A stretch of 64,000 nt of DNA from Eledone cirrhosa (taxonomy: Eukaryota). The stretch is taken from assembly GCA_964016885.1 (NCBI GenBank), contig OZ024740.1, forward strand, positions 221,154,001-221,218,000, in the 5' to 3' direction. The notes under the pieces are model-generated. The model did not search any database. It saw only the letters and a list, made by a program, of their open reading frames with translations, and was not told the DNA's origin. Shown piece after piece: positions 29,042 through 41,690 of the stretch; the first letter of the stretch is position 1; every line of letters begins with the position of its first letter. The position numbers and the translations under genes were made by a program.

Positions 29042-29233
29042 TTTACCTCTCAGCCAATATGTTGAACGGTTGAAAACATATAGCATTTTCTGGAGTGTAC
29101 ATCGGCAGATTAGCCTCATTTGCATACCGAGCGAGATACGAGTCTTGTTGGTGGACCTGCCACAGGTTCGGTGGTTGTTTTATGATACTTGCGGAGTCCA
29201 TACAGCGCTGGAATGTCATTATTTGAGACTTCG

Positions 29234-29424
29234 AAGGGCGGTGGATTGGCAGTATCGGTAGAGGGTCGGACGCCATGCTTTCCAGCATAGTTACGTCCCT
29301 TTACGATCTGAGTTCAAATCCCGCCGAGGTTGACTTTGCCTTTCATCCTTACCGGGTCGATAAAATAAAGTACCAGTAATGCACTGGGTATTTGCTGGCC
29401 TTGTGCCTAAAGTAGAAACAATTA
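29234..29424 (+). mobile_element. SINE family A
   Basis: Full-length copy; ~17-bp TSD TTATTTGA(G/C)ACTTCGAA. Confidence 0.9.
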
Positions 29425-29469
29425 TTTGACACTTCGAAATTGTTAGCCGTTCGCTTCCTTGGCCCTAGG

Positions 29470-29672
29470 ACATTAGACTACATCATCATGTGAGCGTCCT
29501 TTCTCTCCACATGTGATTGTGGTGATGTTTTTCTCATGTTGGTGATGTGGGTTTGCATTGTCTGGATGCAGTTTATCAGATTGTCTATCGACATTCTGCC
29601 AGACTTGTCTGAGAGGAAGCACAAGATGTCTCCATTCCTCACACGCCGTATGAGTTTATGCAGGCCCTCTGC
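29470..29672 (-). mobile_element. Penelope-like RT N-terminal fragment (diverged relative of the 60-63 kb element)
   Basis: GLHKLIRRVRNGDILCFLSDKSGRMSID aligns to GLRKLMQRSRNGEIACFPTDKSGRMSVD. Confidence 0.75.
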
Positions 29673-30048
29673 GTATTTGTGTGCGTTTGTATATGTCTTA
29701 AAACATACTGGCTCGACATATATTCATTAATAAAATGAATACCATACTTTAATAGCATAAAGTACTGGGGAAGAGATGATCAACTAAATCCCTTGAAGGC
29801 CGTACTGCACACAGCTTCAGTCTAATTACTTCTACTAGTAAAAGAATAAAATAATGTATATGCATAATTATTCTTTACGTTTTTACTCGTTTCAGTCATT
29901 ATACTGCGGCCATGCTTGGGCATCGCCATGATATGACTAATTATATATATATATATACACACACATACACACACACGCATATATACTTATGTATATATTA
30001 TATATACGCGCATACATAAATACACGCACACAGACAAGCACACACACA

Positions 30049-30129
<81 letters not shown>

Positions 30130-30424
30130 ACACACATACACACACACACACACACACACTCACACACACACACTAATAATAAAAATGCTGTCATTACCAT
30201 AACAGAAGCCCGACAGGCTTTTGATTCCAGAGTAGGGCCAGATCGATACAGATCGAACATTGAGCTGGTCAATCGCGAAACGCGCGTCACACCTCAATAA
30301 ATAAACGCAATGAATATCTAGCACTTCGTCCTTTTTATTATTAGTATTCCATTCAGCTTAGTACAACACCAATATACCTACTGGAGATTACGCATCGAGT
30401 GCTCACTCTGGACGTTGCAATTCC

Positions 30425-30468
<44 letters not shown>

Positions 30469-30601
30469 CAAAGGGATATTTAATTTGTTGGTAATTCAAC
30501 AAATATATATATTTATAACTGATTCGAAGCACTCGACAGGTTTTCCGGAGTATAATATCAATAATATTAATAAATGGAAACTATATTTATAAAACCATAT
30601 T

Positions 30602-30662
30602 TATTCTATTATATATATTTCAAGGGTACCAAAACTTTGGTACGCGCTCATCAGATAAAATA
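30602..30662 (-). ncRNA. Type I hammerhead ribozyme
   Basis: UAUUUUAU-CUGAUGA-GCGC GUACCAAA GU UUUGGUAC CCUU-GAAA-UAUAUA-UA-AUAGAAUA. Confidence 0.75.
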
Positions 30663-30732
30663 CAAAGTTTGTTTTATAAATATTGACATATCCAGGAAGC
30701 AGATCTTAACGGTTTAAGTTTTTCCAGGAATG

Positions 30733-30872
<140 letters not shown>

Positions 30873-31184
30873 AACGAGTGGGACACTCTACTACCCTAAG
30901 TATTGAGTACTTTGGTGCGTTATGGTCCACCTGGTTCCTTACCACATTTCCTTCGTTATATATATAGTGAAGGCGTGTGGCTGAGTGGTTAGAGAATTGG
31001 ATTCGAAAACGTAAGGTTGTAAGTTCGATTCCTGGACCAGGCGATGCGTTATGTCCTTGAGCAAGACACTTTATTTCACGTTGCTCCTTCTACCTGGAGT
31101 TGCGACCGATAGATAGTATTAGCAATTGGAAAGACCATCGGAAACATTGTTCCCTCGGTCCGATTTGACGAAAGTCGATCGTTC

Positions 31185-31215
<31 letters not shown>

Positions 31216-31923
31216 TTGTGTGTGTATGTGTGTGTGTAAGGTAAATGGAAATAACAACACAATCGGTACAGTATATAGACGGAATATATTAGGTTAACGC
31301 TTGAAATAACAGGAAGAGGGTCTTAACGCCTCGGACGCTAGTCATGGACTCAACTCACCTCCCCAATTTCTTTAATACCCCGTCTATTATAACACGCGCT
31401 TGTACCTTCAACCCTAGATTCCTAATGATCTCTTTTGATTTGATCATTAACAACTCTTACAACTAATACAGACCGACTAAATATGCTCACTCCACCTTTC
31501 CCTTCACTGCTCTGTATACACACATACACACCTTTATATTAACATACTTTTGCTCATAGCTTCGTACTTACATGCACACACACACTCTTTTACTTACATG
31601 CACACACACACTCTTTTACTTACATATACACACACAATTTTTCTTATCTTCGTACGGACCTATAACACACTCACACACACACACACACACATGCTTACGC
31701 ACGTGCTCAAGTATAGCTCGTTTTACAAAACGTTTTTTTTTCCATTTCAGGTAGACGCGCTCCATCATCCACTTTTCTAAAAAATAAATCATACACAAAA
31801 ATGCCAGCACCAACAGTTTTGCAAGAGATGTCAACATGAATGGACCTGTTATTTTTTTATCTAAAGACATTTTTTCCAATTCCAACCCGCCTGTCCCCTC
31901 AATCTATCTTATTTCTCATTCTT

Positions 31924-31959
31924 TCTTCTGATGAAGGAGTAGCGTCCGAAACGCTAAGA
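31924..31959 (+). ncRNA. Minimal hammerhead motif, partly degenerate (relatives near 16876-16911 on + and 46358-46395 on -)
   Basis: UCUU-CUGAUGA-AGGA GUAGCG UCC-GAAA-CG-CU-AAGA; the family consensus appears to be GAAACGUUAAGA. Confidence 0.55.
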
Positions 31960-32056
31960 CCCTCTTCCTGCTATATCAAGCGTTAACCTAATATATACCT
32001 TCCATATACTGTACCGATTGTGTCGTTATTTCTGTTTACCTTTTACACCCCCGGCC

Positions 32057-32104
<48 letters not shown>

Positions 32105-32281
32105 ATACTTTGGGAGGGTCATGTTGCCAATAAGAAACACACGCACCATGTGTGTTTCTTATTGGCAACATGACCCTCCCAAAGTATAACAATATCGGTT
32201 TCAACACACGATTTCAGATAAAGAATCTTGCTAAACAAATTCAGAAACGAAATATATATATATATATATATATACAATGGT

Positions 32282-32312
<31 letters not shown>

Positions 32313-32345
32313 TATATATATATACATCTCTCTCTCTTTATATAA

Positions 32346-32386
<41 letters not shown>

Positions 32387-32550
32387 CATACACATATATT
32401 TATATATACAAGGTAAAAAGCAAATAAGCTAATCAAGAAGAGAGAAAGGTTATGCAGATTACTAGCGAGTATAGAGAAGGTTGGTATGCTCAATGCATAT
32501 AGGTTGTTAGACTAGCGAGCCATGCGATTTAAATATGATATATATATATA

Positions 32551-32596
<46 letters not shown>

Positions 32597-32693
32597 GTAT
32601 GTATGTATATATATATATATATATTTCGTTTCTGAATTTGTTTAGCAACTGGTGCGTGTGTTTCTTATTGGCAACATGACCCTCCCTAAGTAT

Positions 32694-32812
<119 letters not shown>

Positions 32813-33059
32813 TCTATTACTTTATTACGTGTTTCAGCCGACAGGCTGAGGCCATGCTGGGGTACTGCCATTGTTGCTACACTTTCCACAGCCAGCATTC
32901 CCAATGGTTGGCGATTGATGCAAAAAGGAGTTTGTTGCTGCTGCTCTTATTTGCGCTTCGTCTCTTGCTGAGAGTTCAACCATGATCCCGATCAGCACAA
33001 TGTCGAGATGTAACTTGAAAACATACACATGTACACCATGTAGATTTCTCAGTCTCTTT

Positions 33060-33880
33060 GGCAGCTTATTTAAAATCTGGGGTCCCTTGAACCCCAGTCT
33101 ATTGTAGTATGTGGTTCATACTCTTGATGCGGCGGATTTCCACTATACATTGGCGTCCTGTTCGTGGGCTGGTCCTCCCTTAAATGCCGAGGTTTGGTGC
33201 TAATCCTTCCAGGATCTTCCATATATATATCGCTGCTTATCTCTCCCGTTTTCGCTCCAGGGAGCAACGCTTTAGATTTTTCAGTCTCTCCCAGTACCTC
33301 ATCTCTTTCGTTGAGGCGATCCCCTTGGTGTAGCTTCGTTGGATTGCTTCAAGTTCTGCAGTTAGTTTGACGCCGTGGGGCGACCACAGCTGAGAGCAAT
33401 AGTCCAGTCGGCTGAGGACGAAGTCCTCCTGAGGACCAACATGGTTTCCGGGTTTCTTGTCTTGAAGATGCTCAGAATCCAACCCACCAGTCGTCTGCAC
33501 ATTGTCGTCATTTTAGTGATGTGTGCATGAAACGACACATCATTGTTCATGTCAATATCCAGGTCCCGTATTGATTTTGACTCGGGGATTTCGATTCTTC
33601 CTGATTCAGTTTACCTTTGTTGTGGTGGTCCTATGTTTGTGGGTTGATAGCGGAGGGCTTGAAACTTACCTGAATTAAATTGCATATTGTTGTCTTCAGC
33701 CCATCTGTATATGGCAACTAAATCTAGTTTTAAGAGAACAACATCAACTAGTTTCTTGATTGCCTGTGCTAATTTCGTGTCACCAGCATAGCTTATGGGG
33801 GAGACTGTCTGAGAGAGCTACTACAAACAGTAGTGGCACGCCACTTGTTATTGACGTTTCCTTTAAGAGATCCCCTTTGG
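33060..33880 (-). mobile_element. CR1/L2-group LINE RT 3' fragment
   Basis: SYAGDTK (YADD-derived), FVLSRLDYCSQLWSPH, LEAIQRSYTK, YWERLK..SLERKRER. Confidence 0.8.
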
Positions 33881-34605
33881 CTGCAAGAGTCCCTGTACAT
33901 TCTGAGTTTAAATTCTGTCACGGTTAGCTTCTCCTTTCATCTTTACGGAGTCGATAAAACAAAGTACCAGTAACGTACTGGAGTCGATTTAATTTTGGCC
34001 TTGTGCCTAAATCAGGAACCTTCATACGCCACACATATACACCAATTAAACGTTTTAATTAATTTGTTCATAAAACGACCATAAGTGCTAAAAAATCATT
34101 CATGCCTCACAAAATGAAATAGGTGTAGCTTAAGAGGTCATTTATTTAAGTTTTATGTACTTTAGAGTTAATACATTAATACTAAGCAGCACTTTCGTAA
34201 TATTTAGCAGATTAAGCAAGATATTGTTGAAATATGCATTCAATTTATCCTGAGGCGTATACACTTACACACATAAACACCCACATACAAACACACATAT
34301 ACGCACACGCACACACACACATACAGATATATACATACACACACTCACAAACACACATATAAACACAGAAACGCAAACACACACACAAACATATATACAC
34401 ACAAACCTGCACACACATACACACAATCACACACACACACATATATATACGTATTGCTTTCTTTGTTTTATCTTCTTTTGTCTTCTCTTTCTATTTCTAA
34501 ATATTACGTACACATTTTTCTCTCACTCTCTCTGTCCCCCCCCCCCTACTTCCTCTCTCTTTCTCTCACACACACACATATTTCTAATATATACATATAT
34601 ATATA

Positions 34606-34643
<38 letters not shown>

Positions 34644-34670
34644 ATGATAATAAATATATATATATATAGT

Positions 34671-34856
34671 AATAATTGTTTCTACTTCAGGCACAAGGCC
34701 AGCAATTACCCAGTGCATTACTGGTACTTTATTTTATCGACCCCGTAAGGATGAAAGGCAAAGTCAACCTCGGCGGGATTTGAATTCAGATCGTAAAGGG
34801 ACGTAACTGTGCTGCAAAGCATGGCGTCCGACCCTCTACCGATACTGCCAATCCAA
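34671..34856 (-). mobile_element. SINE family A
   Basis: Reverse complement of the 5282 copy. Confidence 0.85.
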
Positions 34857-35112
34857 GTAATAATAATAAATATATATATATAGTAACATTAATAAAGATG
34901 CTGATGTTACATAGATCATTTATTCATTATAATTATTTCAACAGCTCTCCCATGCAATCAAGATGTAATTCAATGAAGTATCCTCAGATGAAATTCGATT
35001 TTGTGATATGCCGCCCGTAGGAAAAACACGTCCGTCTGTCCGTGCGTTCGGCAGACGAACGTTGAGAGCTTTCTCCTGTTTGCGCTTGTTTTTAACAAAA
35101 CAATCTCTTTGG

Positions 35113-35206
<94 letters not shown>

Positions 35207-35291
35207 AGTTTATCCCGGGTTCAATCGGGGGGTAACCACAGTAAGTAAGGTACTCAATACATTGCAGAGTATAAATATTTAATATAGAAAT

Positions 35292-35342
35292 GGCTTCTAC
35301 AGGACTAGAACTGTTTCATTCAGGAGAAATCATCAGGAAGCC
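35292..35342 (-). ncRNA. Type I hammerhead ribozyme; inverted twin at 35553-35603 has a CUAAUGA core
   Basis: GGCUUC-CUGAUGA-UUUCUCCUGAAU-GAAA-CAG UUCUAGUC CUG-UA-GAAGCC. Confidence 0.8.
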
Positions 35343-35603
35343 GACTGTGCAAGTAGTATGGTGTTAATTATACCTTTTCTGGTGGTAGGAGAGGGTGGAG
35401 ATTGGAATGGGTGGAGGTCATTGGTTAAAGAAAGGGGAATTCTTTAAAAGCTATTCTTTAAATCCATCAACCAATGACCTCCACCCATCCCAATCACCAC
35501 CCTCTCCTACTACCAGAAAAGGTATAAATACCACCATACTACTTGGACAGTCGGCTTCCTAATGATTTCTGCCGAATGAAACAGTTCTAGTCCTGTAGAA
35601 GTC

Positions 35604-35689
<86 letters not shown>

Positions 35690-35732
35690 CAGAAAAAAAG
35701 AGAATCAGTGTTGTGACGAATGGAATTTATTG

Positions 35733-35824
35733 GACATATTACAATCGTTTCTCTGGCGACCAGCTCGAGGATCGAAGTGATGATCGAACCTGACTCTGAA
35801 AATCGCAAGGTCCTCAGATACGTC
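35733..35824 (-). ncRNA. Type I hammerhead ribozyme with a long structured stem II
   Basis: GACGUAU-CUGAGGA-(~59 nt hairpin)-GAAA-CGAUUG-UA-AUAUGUC. Confidence 0.7.
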
Positions 35825-36046
35825 TTGATTCTACGAAGCAGATTTTCCTATAGGAAAATCTGCTTCGTAGATCATCACATCGATCGTGCCTTGAGCTGGT
35901 CGCCAGAGAGACGATTGTAATATGTCCAATAAATTCCATTCGTCGCAACACTCTTTCTATTTTTTTCTGTGATATCATACTCTGCTCTATGAGAGCATCG
36001 AGTGCTCATATGGCCTACCGCATACAGACGCTTTAAGCATCCAACA

Positions 36047-36162
<116 letters not shown>

Positions 36163-36425
36163 AATGGAAAAAATGAATTTTCATTTCTCACTCTTAGTAC
36201 GGCTGATACTTAAATATAAGTATGTATACGTACATACATATATGTATACAGACGTACAGTAGTATCTATATACATACATACATGCACACATATATATATA
36301 TATGTACGAATGGGTTTACCGAATATTTATTATAATGTTCAGTTTGTTTGTAAACAAACAGCCCGAATTAAGCCGTACAGTGTTCGGCAACACTCGTTGC
36401 CCTTTTGTTCAACACTGACAAAGGA

Positions 36426-36468
36426 ACGATGAACTAGTTTCTAGCTTATTAGATGTCATCAGCACCGT
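36426..36468 (-). ncRNA. Minimal type I hammerhead ribozyme (homolog of 11815)
   Basis: ACGGUG-CUGAUGA-CAUCUAAUAAGCUA-GAAA-CUAG-UU-CAUCGU. Confidence 0.65.
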
Positions 36469-36564
36469 ATACCTTCCTGTCAGTCGATTGAACGTATGCA
36501 TGTATGTATGTATATAGATACTACTGTACGTTTGTATACATATATGTATGTACGTATACATACT

Positions 36565-36598
<34 letters not shown>

Positions 36599-36753
36599 AA
36601 TATTGGTTTATGAACCAAGTCAAAGAGAATCAGTACAGCTTCGGCTGTCTCTCATCTACTCAATGATATAATAAAGTTTGTACGTTAGAAATACAAACCC
36701 ATCACTCAGACTGCACACATACGTCAATCAGTATGATAAACGTATGTGTGGGT

Positions 36754-37260
36754 AATAATTGTTTCTACGTTAGGCACAAGGCCAGCAATTACCCAGTACA
36801 TTACTGGTACTTTATTTTATCGACCCCGTAAGGATGAAAGGCAAAGTTAACCTCGGCGGGATTTGAACTCAGACCGCAAAGGGACGTAACTATGCTGGAA
36901 AGCATGGCGTCCGACCCTCTACCGATACTGCCAATCCACCGCCCTTATGTGTGGGTAATGATATTAGTATAACAGATATACCCGGACTGTACTAAACATC
37001 GGTTTCTGTACTAAAGTCTGTCAATAATAGTTCCAACTGGAACCACTATTCACAATAGTTAAGTATTACCTACCGACATTGGCAGTATCGGTAGAGGGTC
37101 GGACACCATGCTTTGCAGCAAAGAGTTACGGCCCTTTATGGTCTGAGTTCAAATCCCGCCGAGGTTAACTTTACCTTTCATCGTTACGGCGTCGACAAAA
37201 TAAAGTACCAGTAATACACTGGGATAATTGCTGGCCTTGTGCCAAAAGTAGAAACAATTA
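36754..37260. mobile_element. Two SINE family A copies, head-to-head (36754-36946 on -, 37078-37260 on +)
   Basis: Sequence identity to the family; the first has TSD TATGTGTGGGTAAT. Confidence 0.85.
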
Positions 37261-37314
37261 CACACATATATACATATATACATACATATATATATATGCA
37301 TATATATCTTAGTC

Positions 37315-38080
37315 TTAGGTTTTTCCGCGCCGTTCGGTACATCGATCAGTAAGTACTCGCCAACGGTCACGATCGGCGGCCTTTTCGCGTCTGTGCCAAG
37401 TGATGTTGGCTGCCATCAGGTCTTTTCGGAACGATCGTCGCCAGGTGATCTTGGGGAAACCCCGTCTCCATTTGCGTCTGGTAGAGTCCAGTTTATCGCT
37501 GTTTTCGAGTGTCGTTCGTCGGACAGACGCAGAATATGGCCTGCCAGGGGGCACCAACGCTCCGCGACAATCCTCTGTAACGTCACGACTCGGCTCTCTG
37601 CAAGATTTCCTCAATTTGCACTCGGTCGCGCTAGGACACACGAAGGATCATTTGCAGGCAGCGCTGGTGGAAAGCGTTCAGCCGTCTCTCTATCTTTGCC
37701 GTGCTCTTCCAGGTTTCGCTCGCGTAAAACACTGTCGGCAGTACGATGCTCTGGTCCAGGCATATCTTGGTCCTGGTGCTGATGTATGAAGACCACCAGA
37801 CTGGGCGCAACCACTGGAAAACTGCGGCTCCCTGCCGATTCGACAGTTGATGTCGGGATGCTGCCCAGATAGGTGAAGTGATAGACTTCCTCCAGGTCTT
37901 GTTGGTTGAATCTGATCGCTGGACCTGTGTTGTTGGCTGAGGAAACTGGCATACGCCGACGACATCGCTTTGATCGCTGAAGATAGTGCAGATCTGCAAG
38001 CCATAACAATATCCCTGCAAGAGAGTGCGGAAAAGATCGGCCTGAAAATAAACACCAAAAAGACCAAGGTGATTAGAACA

Positions 38081-38082
<2 letters not shown>
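37315..38082 (-). mobile_element. RTE-clade LINE fragment with a 5' inversion
   Basis: Minus part: LEEVYHFTYLGS, IVLPTVFYASETW, LNAFHQRCLQMIL. Plus part 37949-38082: AYADDIALIAED..LQESAEKIGLKINTKKTKVI. Confidence 0.85.
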
Positions 38083-38142
<60 letters not shown>

Positions 38143-38241
38143 GACATATATATATATATATATATGAAAGACATATATATATATATATGTAAAACAAGAA
38201 AATTTAAAAAATTAAAAATTAACTTACTTACTAAAATTTTC

Positions 38242-38323
38242 ACTCCAACTAATTAGTTTCTGTAACGGGATAAAGATAGTTACGCAATGTAACTATCGAG
38301 AATTCATTACGTCATCAGGGAGT
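38242..38323 (-). ncRNA. Type I hammerhead ribozyme with an extended stem II
   Basis: ACUCC-CUGAUGA-C GUAAU..GAUAGUUAC AUUGC GUAACUAUC..GUUAC A-GAAA-CUAAUUAG-UU-GGAGU. Confidence 0.75.
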
Positions 38324-38467
38324 CTATTCTCAGCTATGTCCCCAGGCAATGCGCAGACACTAGGGACTCATATAAAAATAATAATTCGGTGGATGGAACA
38401 GCTAGCGGGGACTGAATTCCATAGCACTGAAAAAGTTCACTGTCTCTGGTCAAGTGGCAGATTCTAC

Positions 38468-38516
<49 letters not shown>

Positions 38517-38554
38517 TCAATACATAGCAGAGTATACATTTTTAATATAGAAAT

Positions 38555-38606
38555 GGCTTCTACAGAACTAGAACTGTTTCATTCGAAGGAAATCATCAGG
38601 AAAGCT
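38555..38606 (-). ncRNA. Type I hammerhead ribozyme (family of 35292)
   Basis: UUUC-CUGAUGA-UUUCCUUCGAAU-GAAA-CAG..CUG-UA-GAAGCC. Confidence 0.7.
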
Positions 38607-39901
38607 CTGATACATACATACATACATACATACACACATACATGTGTATATATATATATATATATGATGGCTGAAAACTCTGCTAAGAGTTCTGCAGATT
38701 AAAGAGTTTGGTGCACTTTTAGGCTACGGCCAGTCACACAAACCTGTAACATATCCTGAACAAGCAATGCCTGTGCTTTGAAGGTTTTTTTAAGTGGGGA
38801 AAGGCCTTGCACACACATATATATATCTGTACATATACATACATATACCATACAATCATGCATGCATACATACACAAACACACACACACACACATAATAC
38901 ATACATACATACATACATACATACATACATACATACATACACACATAGATACACGCATACATATTGCACGTTAATTTCACGAACAGGCTTGAGCATTCAT
39001 CGTTGATACCGACAGGCGTTCATTCCATTCTATCTACATGGATAGCCGATTGATTTTGAAATGTTTTATGTTGAGATTATTTTCCATATTATATATATCC
39101 AATGACTATATATAAAATAACATTCTACGACTCCCAAACCATAGGTATGAAGCAACGATTGCAATTTGCTGCATCTCACCAGGGACTAAACATAAGAGAA
39201 GAAGACCCATGAAAATCTGTTGCAGAACATTTTAAAAGGACAGACCAGCAGGAAGTAAACATCTATATAAGAGAAGTGCAAACAACAATGCATATATATA
39301 TATATATGTATATATGTATGTGTATGTATAAATATTTGCTCTCCGGTTCTTATATATTTGATATGTATTTATCCTTACCGTTCAATCATGAATACGACGA
39401 GCTTGCCAATCACGTAAGTCTGATATTTGATTTCGGATTTCAAAGAAACACTTTAAACGATTAATCGTTTGATTTGTCCAGGTGTATTTTTTTCTCAGCC
39501 TGTTAGTTCTATCGTTACTTTGGTATAGTATTGTGTGTTAGATTTGCCTACCACAATGTTCGATTTGTCAAGCTATTTAAACGTATGTTATTACTCTAAG
39601 GCCCTGACTTATCGAGTGCTTTGCTAACTCATCATTTCATATAAGTAGGCCGAATTTACTTGCAAACCGCCAGAGATTCGATTTTACTAAATTTCCAATT
39701 ATATATATATATATATTAAAATAACAGATTAAAGTTTAAGCAAAGAATCTCTGCTTTCACCCTTAACGGGATCTTCTGAAACTAACAAAGTCAATCTGTA
39801 AGTCAATAGAGTGGTCAACCGAGGGAGCCAAATAGTAATAATAATAAATTTGAAGACTAAAATCCAAAGAGGGCTCTATTGACTTATAGATTGACTTTGT
39901 T

Positions 39902-39952
39902 AGTTTCAGAAGATCCCGTTAAGGGTGAAAGCAGCGATTCTTTGCTTAAACT
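39902..39952 (+). ncRNA. Hammerhead-like motif with A at position 4 (inverted twin at 39733-39783)
   Basis: AGUUU-CAGAAGA-UCCC GUUAA GGGU-GAAA-GCA..UGC-UU-AAACU. Confidence 0.55.
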
Positions 39953-40059
39953 TTAATCTGTTATTTTAATAAATATTTGCTCTACGGTTCTTATATATTT
40001 GATATATATTTATACTTATCGAGCCCTCTTTGGATTTTAGTCTTCAAATTTATTATTAT

Positions 40060-40100
<41 letters not shown>

Positions 40101-40122
40101 TATATATATGTATGTATATATG

Positions 40123-40198
<76 letters not shown>

Positions 40199-40261
40199 TA
40201 CCCATATATATACATACACACACACACGCATATATATGTATACACACATATATATATATAT

Positions 40262-40304
<43 letters not shown>

Positions 40305-40338
40305 TGTCTGTGTATATATGTATATACACACAGACACA

Positions 40339-40369
<31 letters not shown>

Positions 40370-40439
40370 GTGTGTGTGTGTATGTATATACATGTGTATG
40401 TATGTATGTATATATATATATATATATATATGAAAAAGT

Positions 40440-40510
40440 TTGTCCTCATCAGTGGCCTTCCAACCGTCGTAGGCATTTCGTCGCATTAAAGGCCATGTAC
40501 CTCAGGTTGG
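40440..40510 (-). ncRNA. Candidate pseudoknotted, kink-turn-containing hammerhead variant, family 2
   Basis: CCAAC-CUGA-GGUA-CA-UGGCCUU-UAAUGCGAC-GAAA-UGCC-UAC-GA-CG-GUUGG-AAGGCCA-CUGAUGA; all helices covary with the 43 kb copy. Confidence 0.5.
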
Positions 40511-40684
40511 TGCGAGCAACGGCTAAAAAAAGTCGTTGGGACACGTAAATAAGGGGGACGCTAGGGTAAACAAACAAAATGGTATATATATAACGAAGGA
40601 AATGTGGTAAGGAACCAGGTGGACCATAACGCACCAAAGTACTCAATACTTAGGGTAGTAGAGTGGGTAATAGGAACCAGTAAG

Positions 40685-40778
40685 ACCCCGACGGCTGGGC
40701 TCAAGCCGTTTCGACGGCTAATTCTGGACTGAATGAAAATTTATCCTGGTATTTAAATAGCCGAGCTTCTCAAGGGGT
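40685..40778 (-). ncRNA. Type I hammerhead with a U3-A8 core (inverted twin at 41129-41222 on +)
   Basis: ACCCC-UUGAGAA-GCU CGGCUA..UAGCCG UC-GAAA-CGGCU UGAGCCC AGCCG-UC-GGGGU. Confidence 0.7.
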
Positions 40779-41267
40779 AATTCCATATATGGTCAAAGTG
40801 ATTGTCAAAAGTTAGTAGTAATTCTGTGATGGCAAATTAGTAGGGGAGATGGTGGCTAAACCTGCCAGTAGGAGAAAAAGGGGAGGGGGTGGAGTAGACC
40901 CAATCATGCGTTGGTAGTGCCGGCTACAGCTGGGCATGAGGTCAAAGAAGATACTGGGAGAGGGAGGGGGAGGAATTCGAAACGGTAGGTAGAACAATTA
41001 GGGGTAAAACTACTCTACCCCCTCCCCTTTTTCTCCTACTGGCAGGTTTAGCCACCATCTCCCCTACTAATTTGCCATCACAGAATTACTACTAACTTTT
41101 GACAATCACTTTGACCATATATGGAATTAACCCTTGAGAAGCTCGGCTATTTAAATACCAGGATAAATTTTCATTTAGTCCAGAATTAGCCGTCGAAACG
41201 GCTTGAGCTCAGCCGTCGGGGTCTTACTGGTTCCTATATATATATATATATACACATACATATACAT

Positions 41268-41349
<82 letters not shown>

Positions 41350-41379
41350 CTGTGAACTAAGTGGCTGATTTCTAAAAAC

Positions 41380-41690
41380 ATTACTCACTCCAAGGAAGAC
41401 AATAAAGCCAATAAAATGCAATGGGTTGCCAAGAAGGAGAATGAACAAGACAAAGAGAACATAATTCTAGAAGCGAGATGATGTTTGATGTTGCCTTTGA
41501 ATTATAGCAAATGTTCGAGGCCAGCAAAGCAGGAAGCCAGAAAAGAATATTATGGACGAGATGTGGGAAGAAACTATCAGAGTAGAACTTCCGATTACAT
41601 TTAGGAACTTCAACTCTAAAAGGATGAGACCTAGCCACACATTAAAATCTGTTTTGAACCGAATCTGTGAGAGGTGTATATGTAAAAACA
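41380..41690 (-). mobile_element. Jockey/CR1-group LINE 3' end fragment
   Basis: ARSHPFRVEVPKCNRKFYSDSFFP-type C-terminal motif. Confidence 0.5.
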
